NCBI GenBank assembly: GCA_025201805.1
Contig: MU619277.1
Span: forward strand, 65,828 to 129,827
DNA from: Parasitella parasitica NRRL 2501
Taxonomy: Eukaryota > Fungi > Mucoromycota
Reading direction: 5' to 3'
Length of the DNA: 64,000 nt
Under the pieces are notes generated by a model, which saw nothing but the letters and a program-made list of their open reading frames with translations, made no database searches and had not been told where the DNA came from. The position numbers and the translations under genes were made by a program. Position 1 is the stretch's first letter; each line of letters begins with the position of its first letter. Positions 26,711 through 37,685 of this stretch are shown here, piece after piece.

Positions 26711-28268
26711 AACTTTATACACTATACCCTTTTTTTTTTCGAGTATCCACTGTGTTGATCGTAATGCACTTTGAGATTTTGCATTGAGCCTAATTTTTCA
26801 AATTCAACATAATACATCACTGAATGTTGTAAGTTCATCCCTTCTTTTTCTTTCCTGAATTTACTCCTCACACATATATGAAGCGTAAACATAAAGACGA
26901 TCCACCAGATAGGAAAGGAAAGAGAGCTATAAGAAGTAAATATCTAACACATACATTGTGAAAAGAATATATGCCTTACTATGTTTTAGGTGCTGATTTG
27001 AATCACCAAAAAGAGGAGGCTGATTTGACAACACCAGGCATTCCCACCACCAACGATGCTTCAAGTTCAACAGCAAAGGCTTCTAGCTCAACAGAAAAGA
27101 CTGCTAGCTCATTTAATGATATAGGTTCTTCTTCCAGCAAAACTCTTACTTTGTCTAAGAAAGTCCAACAGAAAGAAGACAAAAAAGTAGCTTTAGAGGA
27201 GTTCAAGAAACAAAACAAATCCAACAAACCAATGCTGTGTCCTTCATGTAAACAGACAGATCATGCAAGGTCTACCAGTAAACTCTGTCCACATCGAAAA
27301 GAAAAGAAGGTGGTTCAATACAATGATGACGAAAAGATAGGAGCTTTCACCATCAAGTCTTCACTTAAAACCACATGCACAAATACAACATTCATGAAAT
27401 CAATTGACAACTTGGTGGAGTACGCTACCAAAATTACCTATATAGGCTCATTGTTTGCAAACTTTATCATTCTGAAATGTGCAGGTGCCAATGAAGATAC
27501 GCCAATCATTAGTCAAGATTTTGTCTATGCTATATTTTCTACCTTAGCAGGTAATGGGAGTAGGGCTCCTGAGTTCATCCGTCAATATTTTGAAGAGTTC
27601 AAAAATGCGTGCGAGATTGACGAGCAAATTTTAAAATCATTGAAGTCTATTGGTTATGCGACTATTCTTTCCATTTCTGCCAAGCAGTATGAAACCCTTA
27701 TCCGAAATCATGTTTCTGAAGACAACAACGAGAAACAACAATTCTTACCCTCACCCTCCACCACTTGATGGATCAGTTAAGGCAAATAAAACCATCATTG
27801 CCTATGGAGATGGAAGATTTTCACCTACCATGAGAAGCAAAAGATCTGGACCTACAAAGACTATCATAAAAGCTCTTCAAAAATGTAAAGAAAATCGTGG
27901 TGTTACAGTCCAAATGGTAGACGAATACCTCACCAGTCAAGTCTGCAACAACTGCAAAAAAAGAAATGTTGAAAACGTTGTGCAACGATCAGCAAAGCGA
28001 AGAGTACATTCTGTATTACAGTGTCAAGAAACCGCTTGTAATATTATATGGAATTGCGATATAATGACTGCAAAAAACATCCTCAACATATTTTTACATG
28101 CAGCAAGAAACAATGACGCTCGTCTTTCACCATTCCAGCGTTCTGAATCAAAAGAATAATTGCAAGCATTGCGTGTCATTGATATTACTCTTTGATTCGC
28201 CATGGGTATTCGGTTTTTATTACGAAGATGGACTAGATAATGTCTTCAACGAGAACGGGGATAAAGTT
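26711..28268 (+). mobile_element. Non-autonomous Fanzor1-carrying element with short imperfect TIRs and TA (or TTAA) target duplication
   Basis: Left gtTA|AACTTTATACAC (26709-26722); right GGGGATAAAGTT|TAaa (28257-28272), whose reverse complement is AACTTTATCCCC. Encloses the Fanzor ORF and a 3' structured RNA. Confidence 0.75.
26878..28159 (+). pseudogene. Fanzor1 (TnpB-derived RNA-guided endonuclease), internally deleted and frameshifted
   Basis: Exon 1 MKRKHKDDPPDRKGKRAIR (NLS-like); intron 26936-26989; CCHC knuckle CPSCKQTDHARSTSKLC; YETLIRNHV; frame change near 27720. Then IIAYGDGRF, RuvC-II VDEYLTSQVCNNC, zinc finger RVHSVLQCQETAC and RuvC-III WNCDIMTAKNI. No RuvC-I Asp motif is present. 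Confidence 0.85.
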
Positions 28269-28290
28269 TAAAGGGCAAAATGAAACGCAA
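28145..28290 (+). ncRNA. Predicted Fanzor omegaRNA (scaffold ~28145-28268, guide from ~28269)
   Basis: Long stem 28145-28160 (GAATCAAAAGAATAAT) / 28184-28198 (ATTACTCTTTGATTC) overlapping the stop codon; inner hairpin GCAA-gca-TTGC; hairpin GAAGATG/TGTCTTC (28224-28247) inside an outer stem 28207-28218/28251-28263. Ends at the element right end. Confidence 0.65.
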
Positions 28291-28426
28291 AAACCTGATG
28301 ACTGAGGAGACTTTATCTCAAAGAATTGCTGATGCTTGCAACAATGTCCGCGTAAGCGACCTTCGTGCTTTTTGTAGCCATTCTAAGCGTCATATTAGTT
28401 TCTGTCGAGATAAAATTCATTTTTAA
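28268..28426 (+). mobile_element. C-terminal fragment of a Tc1/mariner-IS630 (DDE_3-type) transposase
   Basis: Translates LKGKMKRKNLMTEETLSQRIADACNNVRVSDLRAFCSHSKRHISFCRDKIHF*, resembling the post-catalytic tail of Mucorales IS630/Tc1 transposases (after the SPELNPIExFW motif, which is absent here). Confidence 0.75.
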
Positions 28427-28539
28427 TAAATTCGCCCAATTTACCAAGAGCCAAAGTAATTATCCAAATGAACCAATATAAAGATTATATAATCAACCAA
28501 TTATTTTTTAGTATTTCACCAATTTCTTTTTCAGTTGGC

Positions 28540-29910
28540 CCCATCTGAACCAGTGCCCAGCGCGTAAAACCGAGAAAGACCAGGGCTTATTCAAAGATCT
28601 CTATCTTTGTTCTGCCAGGAGTGGGAAGTTGTTGGTCTCGGGTCTTCGTTGATCTTGGATTCAGCTGCGTTGGTCATGTCACTAACTATAGTTTTGCAGT
28701 TCCTTCATAGTTGGTATGTCCTTTTAAAATCATCTTCAAATGTTACTGAAGTAATTAATTTTTATCTATACGCAATTTATCAACAAAATTCACCAATTTA
28801 CCTTTTAATTCTAACATTTCTTATTGTGCTAAAAAGCAGCTCAAACATTCTGGACCACAAAACCTGGAAATAGTCATTTTCTGTGTACTTATCTTTCTTG
28901 CTTTCTTTCATCAAAAGATGAGGATAATCCTCCATTATGTCTAGACTACACGATGAAATCAAATGTCAAAAACAAGGAAGGGGAGAGGTCATCGTATTAA
29001 GTGTTTCTTACAAGTGTTTCATCATTTCAAGAATATTAATCTCCTCTTTTGTTAGCAATTCAGTAGCAAGTAACTTGCGCAGGTATCTTTGACCTGGTTC
29101 GACTGAGGATTTACTAACCTTTTTTTAAAAAAAAAAAAGTTTACTATGAAATATCAACAGAGTGTTTTATTATACCGCAAATACTTACATTACATACGAT
29201 GATCCAAGTGTTCTCGAAAAATTTTGGCATCTTTTTCGAATTTGCCAAAAACGTTTGTCGAATTTGTCAAAAATATTTGATCAAAATTGATAATTAATGA
29301 AAAATTTATTGCTCTGAAATTCAACATACGAGCATTTGGATACATCTACAACTTGAGAGAAGTCGAATAGTGCACTTTAAAGCGCTGATAACGATGCGTG
29401 TCACCTAAAACAAAGCTGGTCTGGTGTAACAATGGTACAAATTTGTTGTTTGCTCAGATGAAGACCTTTTTTTTGCATTAAGAAAATATGCTTAGTTGCC
29501 AGCCAAGCATATTAAAGAAACTCTTTATAGCACAAAGGGCAATTTTTTTTATCATGCTTAAACATGGTAAGGCGTTTAATCTTTCGTTCAGGCATTAAAA
29601 TGGTAAACGCCAGTCAGCTTCTTCGTTCACTGCAAATTCTGGTATTATTGCTTTGATTTCACGTACAATGAGGTATAAAGATTACATGAGCTCACCTAAA
29701 GTTGGTTGCTTAGATCCCATTTTGCGTATATATTTGCTCGGTCATGTTGAAATCAATGTGCCGAAAAGATTTGCTACAGCAGTTGTCAAGGACAATAGAT
29801 TGATATAAGCGATGATGTTTCCAGAATATATAGAAATTGTTGCGCTTGTCAATAATCTCATAGTACCTTTAAGCCTGAGCATCATCCCACATAAAGTACT
29901 CTTTATGAAA
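28540..29910 (-). pseudogene. Degraded multi-exon gene of a repetitive Mucorales family (possibly REase/Crinkler-like or TE cargo)
   Basis: Exons with intact GT-AG junctions: ...IFENTWIIVCN|VSKSSVEPGQRYLRKLL...HL|DIMEDYPHLL...YTENDYFQVLWSRMFELLFSTIRNVRIK|. In-frame stops in flanking exons. Confidence 0.45.
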
Positions 29911-30937
29911 ACGTCTTTGATCACTTTGTTGTAGACCTTGGAGTTTCCGTTACGACACTAATAGCATTAGTTACATTAGCAACCGAAAAGACCCTACAAC
30001 CAAATCGGGATAATGCGTATCTAAATGTTGTCAATGCTGCAATGGACATAAAATATGTGTTCACCTTCATGTAGCCTCAGTTTTGATAATTTTTTGATGC
30101 TAAAATAGCTCGTGCTTACAATTATATGAATGAACTAGCGATAGTTTTCCAAGCCATGGATTCGCTGGTAGCAGACTGCTGCCGACACCCCCACAGGATT
30201 CAAATACCTAATCAAGTACCATTCAACATCTTTTTAGCAAACATCTGGAGCGCCCATGAATTTAGCTGTATATATTATACACTTATTTTAAGCTTTTTTT
30301 CTTCTTGACTGATTATATCAATTTAAATTATTAAATGAATTCAGGTTTCATTTATAATGAGGGACGCCAGAAAACTTTGCTGATTCAATTCTCTTCTGTG
30401 TATAATGAATCCACGGTAACGAAAGATCCTCCATAAAATGTAGCAGGTTTATATAAATCATATGATTGCTATCTTTTTCTTTTCTTTTTTTTTCTACTCT
30501 TTATCTTTTCCCTTACATATACCAAGCATGATCAAATCACTGAATCATGTTTTATTTATTTTCCAAAGCTTGATTATCTGTTGTACAGTTCTTTACGCCT
30601 TACAATACATCGATAAGAATCAGAAAGTTTATGGATTAGAGCTTGAAAAAGAGATGGAAACCTTTCACATTCCTCCATCACTTTGTATGTTCTATAATAA
30701 ACATTACAGAAAAGGTTTTTATAACTGTATCTAACATCCAAAGCGTTTTTCACCCATTAGTTAATCCTAAATGTAACCATGGAAGTTTACAATCTGGACC
30801 AGCAGTGGGCACATTGACGTTTAAATCAAATACAACTGAAAGCTTTCAATTGAATTACTTTGATCTTAATAACATCGACGGTATTTATCAAAAAAACCCA
30901 ATCTGTAGGTTTATCATAATTTATCATTATTTGTCTA

Positions 30938-33900
30938 GTGAGCGACTGTCAGATTTCGACAATCAATTTTCAAGTATCAAGAAAAGATGCAATATTTTTT
31001 GATACCTGGATCTTGCCAAACAAACCTTTAGCTTATAGACTGCTGGTCGAGTTTGATGTGGTTAGAGAAAACTTGCTGCATACACACGATACTCTGCTGA
31101 ACAACAAATTTTACAAATTATACAAGCTTCTAAGCTTGGCTTTGCTGATTGCATTTATACAATCTATATTCGAGTCTTTACAACTGCTCTTCAAGAATTC
31201 AATGATTTTTCTGTTTAAGCTGCTTAATTTTTTGGACGAAATTATGAACTCTACACTATATTGTTACAATTTCATGGAAATCATTCGTATCTTCAAAAGC
31301 AGCCCATATCCATATAAGTACAATGGAACGAATAATGGGACGGACACTCATAATGACAGCAACAATGAAATCAATAATGAACGCAATCAAGAGATGGCTC
31401 AACACGTTGCTCAAGTAACATCTCCTTCGACCACTTCTCGGGAAGAGATAATTACCCGCGAACTTGCCTCTGATTTGATATCATCAGCCGAACAAAGAGA
31501 AATCAAGACGCAAAGTATGGCCAATATTAGTCATACTTCTGCTTCAAGACAAAGTCCAGGCTCCTGTGCAATTTCTGCCATTTTAAATGCTTCAAACCCT
31601 GCAAAAGTAGCTACTCTCAATATTAAGTCTGATGATACGAATTCATCCCACAAAAAACTAAAAGGTTCTCAAGAAGCCTCGGTCACATCTGCTTTGTCAA
31701 GCGCTATTCCTGCGCGAATTATTAGACAACCCAAGTCCCTCAAAGCTAGAAAATCCCTAAAAAGCAACAATCCTGCTATAAATGCTGCGAATAATACTAT
31801 TTTTATTACAGCCCGTATGAGTTTATCCGCCCCACACCGTCAAATTTCCTCGCAGCTGTCTGCCACTACTCCCACATCTTCTCTGGAAGGTCGGAACGAT
31901 GCAACTACAACTGCTTCTGCTTCCCAAGGTTTTTCACGTGAGATACCTCCTTCAAGTATACCAATGTCTAACTTTGTCCCCTCTCCACTGCCTACTTTCA
32001 GCTTTAATCAAACAAACCTCGCACAAAGTACTCTTTATGGGCTACCTAATCCCTCAAATATACAAAGCTCAAATGTGATATCTACTCTGCAAGATGTTCA
32101 GCCAATTGTCCCTCGTCATGACTTTTCTTTCGCAAATATTGCTGCGTTTAGCTTTAACTTTGGTGCACCACTACCTGCTGTTGGCTCGATGTCGCATAAT
32201 TTTTCTCAGGATGTTCAAGGTATTATAAATGCACCAATACAGCAACCTACTCATGCAGCTGTCGATCCATTTCATAAAGAAATTGATGATTTACTTGCTG
32301 AAATATTCGCCCCTGATTATATTGACCCATCCGATAAGCCTGTCGATATATTCAATGACGCCTTTCCTTACAACCTTCAGCAATTCGATATTACTCAACC
32401 AAACACTACTCAATATGGGCACTCTCAACCTGCAATAATTCAACCTATAAATGTGGATATTGGCACGGAGAGCATCAATCCCGTCTTGGACAACGTTTTA
32501 GCTGAATCTATGGCTAATGACATGACAAGCGCAATGGTTAATGTTGCAGCTCATACATTGATTGATACAAGGGACAATGCCATGGTAAGCAATATAACTC
32601 TTCCTATGGAAAATACTCTGGACAATTGGATAAATTACTATATGGCTAATCCATCCATGGCTGATCCCTTCATGGCTGCTTCAGCAATGTCTGATCCAAT
32701 AATTCAGGGCCATATGCTTAATCCATTGTTTGATTCAATGATAAATGCTATGGCTAATTCAATGACTGATCCCATAATACCTACAATGGAGTATTCAACG
32801 ATGGTATATACAGGAGATTCCACGACTGAAAATAGCGTAAATTTCCAGTGTTTTCAAAAAAGCAAGCAAAGTAGGAAACAAAACCAGAAATCACGTAAAA
32901 GCCTAGTCAAGAAGCATTTCAAACAGACTTTTAAGAAGACTCCTAGGAAGATGCTCAAGACTAAGCGTTCTCATTACTTGAAGGGACTCGTCAAAAATAA
33001 CTTGAAGATAAAAGCTTTAAGACTCCCTACACTATGTTTATCGTCTGCGTACCAACTAGGTGTCAGTAATGAAACTAACCATTGGGTATCATATGCTGGT
33101 GAAACTGATACTGATACCAAAAAATCCCTGGCTGATGAACTCTTTCCTAATGCCAGTGGTAGTGGTATTGATGGATACAGTCTGCATTTCAGCAATGTCA
33201 TTACTAAAGAAACCAGCGCCAATGGTGTTATAACAGAAGAAACCAGCTCCAATGTCTACGACACTACAACTGACTTTTTTGAGGTGAAGCAGGAAGAATC
33301 TCCTGTTGATACAGATAGTAGAATTATTCAATCACCACTCACATACCAAGCAACTGTAAAATCTACTCAATCTACTTACAAAGACCACCAGAACAACTAT
33401 GCATATGCCGAAGAAGATTCTCGGACTGTTCATGAAGAAATAGAGCATCAAAGTGCTGCTGCTGAAACCGACGTGATGAGGACTCTGGTACGGCAGAATG
33501 CATTCTGGTATATTCCTGATAATCAAGACTCTGAGCAAGTTGTTTACGATGAGTCTGGTCATCCTAATTATACTTCACCTCAGGGAGCTCAAATTTACGC
33601 TCTAGATTACGAAACTGTAGCATCATCTTTAGCCGAATGGGCTTTCCTTGCTGAAGCATCAAGCCCTCCGCAGGAAAGCGATGCATATGGTTGTTCTCAA
33701 AAAGACATATCCTCTTGTAATCGCACAGCAGCTGTTTCTAGTATTGACGAAAATGACTCGCACAACGACTCTGGTTCTGATACTCAAGACATCTATTCTA
33801 CTGAGCCTGCTTCTAGTCTCCATGAAGATTTCTCGCTTGTTACAGCCTTAGACAGCGCCAATGACGATGGCAATGTAGATCTCGAGTCTGATGCTATGGA

Positions 33901-34453
33901 TAATCTAGTTAGGTTAGCAAACACAATATCTGTGGATGATGAAACTATTTCTACTCCCCCTTTCTTCCCAACACCTTCCAGAAGGCGGTCGTCAGAAGAC
34001 ATCAATACAAACTTTGGACAACAAATTTTTGAGGCTCACCTTCTAGTAGATTCGCTGATATCGGTCAAACGCTCAAGAGAATCAACTCCTGACAGTGGTG
34101 ACGCAACTCAGAAACCTCACACTAAAGGCTTCAATTCATCAGTAAAACGTCAACGAAAGCAGCTTTCAGGATCCTTTACAAATGCATATGCGACTAATGA
34201 CTCTGATGGTGGCAATCTTGAGATCAGCAGTAGTGCTGTGATTCCATTAATTGATCCCGATGTTCCAAGAGGCACTTGCGCTATACAGCATAATCTTGTT
34301 TCCACACGTACCTATGATGATAATGACCCTTCTTCTCCTCTCATTGTAGATCAGCAAGTAGCAACAGAAGATATCAGCCCAGATCTGGTTAATACTGATC
34401 CCTTATGTGCTCAAGTAGCTGCCCTGCACGTTGATAGGCCTTTTGGTATGTGA
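30938..34453 (+). CDS. Large intronless low-complexity (S/T/N/D-rich) orphan protein; true start uncertain
   Basis: 3.5-kb stop-free frame in AT-rich DNA; Met/Asn/Pro-rich repeats, a Lys-rich NLS-like block (KSKQSRKQNQKSRKSLVKKHFK) and an acidic C-terminal half; no recognisable domain. Confidence 0.65.
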   Translation: MSDCQISTINFQVSRKDAIFFDTWILPNKPLAYRLLVEFDVVRENLLHTHDTLLNNKFYKLYKLLSLALLIAFIQSIFESLQLLFKNSMIFLFKLLNFLDEIMNSTLYCYNFMEIIRIFKSSPYPYKYNGTNNGTDTHNDSNNEINNERNQEMAQHVAQVTSPSTTSREEIITRELASDLISSAEQREIKTQSMANISHTSASRQSPGSCAISAILNASNPAKVATLNIKSDDTNSSHKKLKGSQEASVTSALSSAIPARIIRQPKSLKARKSLKSNNPAINAANNTIFITARMSLSAPHRQISSQLSATTPTSSLEGRNDATTTASASQGFSREIPPSSIPMSNFVPSPLPTFSFNQTNLAQSTLYGLPNPSNIQSSNVISTLQDVQPIVPRHDFSFANIAAFSFNFGAPLPAVGSMSHNFSQDVQGIINAPIQQPTHAAVDPFHKEIDDLLAEIFAPDYIDPSDKPVDIFNDAFPYNLQQFDITQPNTTQYGHSQPAIIQPINVDIGTESINPVLDNVLAESMANDMTSAMVNVAAHTLIDTRDNAMVSNITLPMENTLDNWINYYMANPSMADPFMAASAMSDPIIQGHMLNPLFDSMINAMANSMTDPIIPTMEYSTMVYTGDSTTENSVNFQCFQKSKQSRKQNQKSRKSLVKKHFKQTFKKTPRKMLKTKRSHYLKGLVKNNLKIKALRLPTLCLSSAYQLGVSNETNHWVSYAGETDTDTKKSLADELFPNASGSGIDGYSLHFSNVITKETSANGVITEETSSNVYDTTTDFFEVKQEESPVDTDSRIIQSPLTYQATVKSTQSTYKDHQNNYAYAEEDSRTVHEEIEHQSAAAETDVMRTLVRQNAFWYIPDNQDSEQVVYDESGHPNYTSPQGAQIYALDYETVASSLAEWAFLAEASSPPQESDAYGCSQKDISSCNRTAAVSSIDENDSHNDSGSDTQDIYSTEPASSLHEDFSLVTALDSANDDGNVDLESDAMDNLVRLANTISVDDETISTPPFFPTPSRRRSSEDINTNFGQQIFEAHLLVDSLISVKRSRESTPDSGDATQKPHTKGFNSSVKRQRKQLSGSFTNAYATNDSDGGNLEISSSAVIPLIDPDVPRGTCAIQHNLVSTRTYDDNDPSSPLIVDQQVATEDISPDLVNTDPLCAQVAALHVDRPFGM

Positions 34454-35459
34454 CCATGGGAGATACATTTACATATATGTATATTAGCTACTAATTAATT
34501 TAACAAATTAAAGACGCCAAAGAAGAAAATTAATGCATTTTAAAAAAAGGTTAGTATCATTATGCCGTGAGAGAGATGATAAGAAGGCGTAATATCCAGG
34601 ATATATAGCGGGCTAGCATTACTAAATTTGCATATTTCCAGGATGCAGAATCGTATTCCCTAAAAGATATATAGCTGATTAAATGAATAATGGCTTTTAT
34701 AATGTAAATACTTCAAATTTTGTAAATATATACAGCTTAATACATGTAAAGATATCCCGAGTTATGAATAATATAATCATACTATTAAATGATAATGCAT
34801 TTATGTAGTCTATTTCGAGGCTAGCAGAACTATATTGTATCACTCGTGAACGCTGTATATCTTGGCGTTTCTTTTCAATTCTCAGTATTGTAAGAAGCCT
34901 CTTAATGATTAAATGTTTATGAGAATGAGCTTGTGGCCGTCTTAACAAACTGTAGCGGATCAATGACAACTTTGGCATATTGTGTTACATGAAAGTGTTT
35001 ACATGTTTCATGATTCTATAAGCGCCATCAGGATAATACTGTTAACATCAGGCACAGCCGATTCAATCTTCGCATTTTGACTATTATTATACTCTATTAC
35101 GTAGAGTGTCCAAAAAAAAAGTCCAAGAATCATCTTGGCTATGTTACCACAATCAGATCAGTCGGCTATCTGAAGATTTACCACTCAAAAGTATTTCAAA
35201 AAACATTTACATTTCTCTAAATAAAAAAATTACAAATTTGTGTCTCTATTCAAGGAACATGCATGAATCAACCCCTTAGTGAAGTTCTTATATTTAATGC
35301 AAACGAATACAAACATATAAACCGTAAGTATTTTTGCGTATAGTTCTGCTGTAATCACGTGTGCTACGAAAAACATCTATTCCGTACTTCGAGTTAAAGA
35401 GAAAACTATTCCCCTTTTCCTTGGTTTTATATTTTTCGCCGCTATTTGAGCCATATAAT

Positions 35460-36650
35460 ATGCCATTTGCCAATACTACCTTGTCAGAATCCTTGTACGT
35501 AACTCAAGTGCGATTTTGCAGAGCATTGGCAGTCGTCCGCTCACTGCCAACAGAAAGCGGAAGTGGTTTTCAACCCTCAATGGCGGACAAACTAAATTTC
35601 TATGGGCTTTATAAGCAAGTGCTGAATGGGGACTGTATGCTCATAAAACCTTCATCAAGAAAGGTTGTGGCCTATGCAAAATGGTATATATAATGTAACT
35701 GATATTATTTTTGAACTTTTATACTAAATACCATGTGTATCTATAGGAGAGCATGGGATAAAGTGAGAGGGAAAAGCCCAATCGATGCTCAAATAATGTA
35801 TATTAATGCATTGGTCAAGTTATTAAAAGAGGTAAACATATTTTATAAAACCAAAGTAGGTTTCTTGAATTATTGACATTGTTCAGTTTTTGTATATGTT
35901 TCCGAATTCAGAATTGACAGAAAGCCTGAACGAGTCTGTGAACTATTTACTAGAAGTAAACGACGATACAACTACCACTGATGGCGCAGAAGAAGGTACA
36001 GTATAAATCATCCCCACAAACAATCCCAGTCCTAAAATTTCTCTATATTCGTGACACTAGAAAACCTTATTCGATGGGATACAAATGACCAAGAGAAAGA
36101 TGAATATTATTTAGGCCAAATGGAGCAGGAGCAAATCTTACTTGAACAGCCGTTGTATTCACATTATTCTACCCCGATCGTCAGCGAATTCCCATTGACA
36201 CCTGAGCTTTCTCCAAAACCAAGAATTTCGTACAACAATGGGCTTAATGTAGAATTTGACGAATATGATAATGAAGTCGCCACTGCCACATCCTCGCTCT
36301 ATATATCCACACCTACACAACATCCATATACCAGTGTCAGAAAACACAGGAAGAGAAAGTCATCCGATGCAGCTATACAAACTTTGCAGACAGAAGTAGC
36401 TGCATTATGCGAAGAGATTGATTCTTTACGAAGACGAGACATGCTCAAGTCAAGATCACTGTATCAATGGCGCTCGCTATGGTTACTGAAATTCGTTGCC
36501 AAGCAAGCATTTTTCAATCTTTTAATATTCGCCATCCTATTTATTGTGCTGTGGAGACGCAAATCCCCTATTGCTTATGCTGTGATTAGTTATACTGGAT
36601 CAAGGTTGAGACATCTTGTGCAATGCGTGTTTTATCACACTGTGCAATAG
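35460..36650 (+). CDS. Acyl-CoA-binding domain protein with coiled coil and C-terminal TM anchor (ACBD5/Atg37-like)
   Basis: ACB motifs KLNFYGLYKQ...GDC and AKW|RAWDKVRG...AQIMYI; coiled coil AIQTLQTEVAALCEEIDSL; TM FFNLLIFAILFIVLW. Confidence 0.85.
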
Positions 36651-37244
36651 AAGTTTACTGTTTAGTTTTCTTTTATATACGCATATTTATCATCATTAAC
36701 TGTATCATATTTTCATGCCAATAACCAATGTCCTAAAATAAAGCTCACATTATATTCATTCCATGTTTTGCACTCTCTTCAACGCAGCGGGTCCACTTCG
36801 AATCTTAAAATTCATTTCTCAACTTTTCAAATTCGCTTCGGTCTCCTTCTTGCAACTCACTCTTCTGTCACTCAAAATTCGTTTTTGTCATCAGACGAGC
36901 AAGGCGATGAGGCAATATGTTTTGAGATGGAAGTCGAACCTACAATGTAGCTCCGTCGGCTCTTTATTGTTGAAACTAACAAATAGCTTGATTCAAAAAA
37001 ATGGTGATTAGCAGAAGTATAACCGTTTATTTTGACAGTAAACACCAAGAAAGTAACAGAATGATAATAACCGGAAAAAAAATTGCATCAAAACGGGATG
37101 CTTGTAAATGAAAAATTGTTTACCTTTAAAACAATATAGCAAAGATAGTTCTTCGGCTTGCCTCATTTCAAATAATTATTGTTGGCAAATAAACAATTGA
37201 TTACAGCAACCGTAGTACGGAAAAACCTAAATAATGAATTATAT

Positions 37245-37435
37245 TTTTTTCTTCTTCCTTTGCACTTGGTCTCTTTGAGAATTAGCTTGGCAACGTCTTT
37301 AAGCATTTTGACGCTTATATAATATATGTCATAACGCCTTTGAAGAGTCTCATGCTGGAGCTTAGACAAAGTGGCTGTATTACTATTGTTAACCATGTAG
37401 ATTATAATTTGTTTATGCCCCTCCTTGAGTATGCT
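37245..37435 (-). mobile_element. Degenerate IS630/Tc1 transposase HTH remnant
   Basis: ILKEGHKQIIIYMVNNSNTATLSKLQHETLQRRYDI...MLKDVAKLILKETK resembles the LxEEHxxFL...NPxATLxx...CxLxLK winged-helix segment of Mucorales Tc1-like transposases. Confidence 0.5.
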
Positions 37436-37685
37436 TCTTTGTCATTATTCATATGCTTGTTTGATGTTTTGGTAAAAGAATTGACATAAAATACATTTTA
37501 TTCAATAATCAAATTACGGGTTGCCTCAGAGTAGTTGATTTGACATTACTTTGGTATCTGCCCTTCTCAATGCTAATAATTAAGTCGTTGAATATACCTA
37601 AAAGAGTTTATATTGTTCGACAATTAAAAATGTATTGCGTTGATCTGTGCTTTAAATTTCTATTTTCAAGTATTAAAAGCAATAA

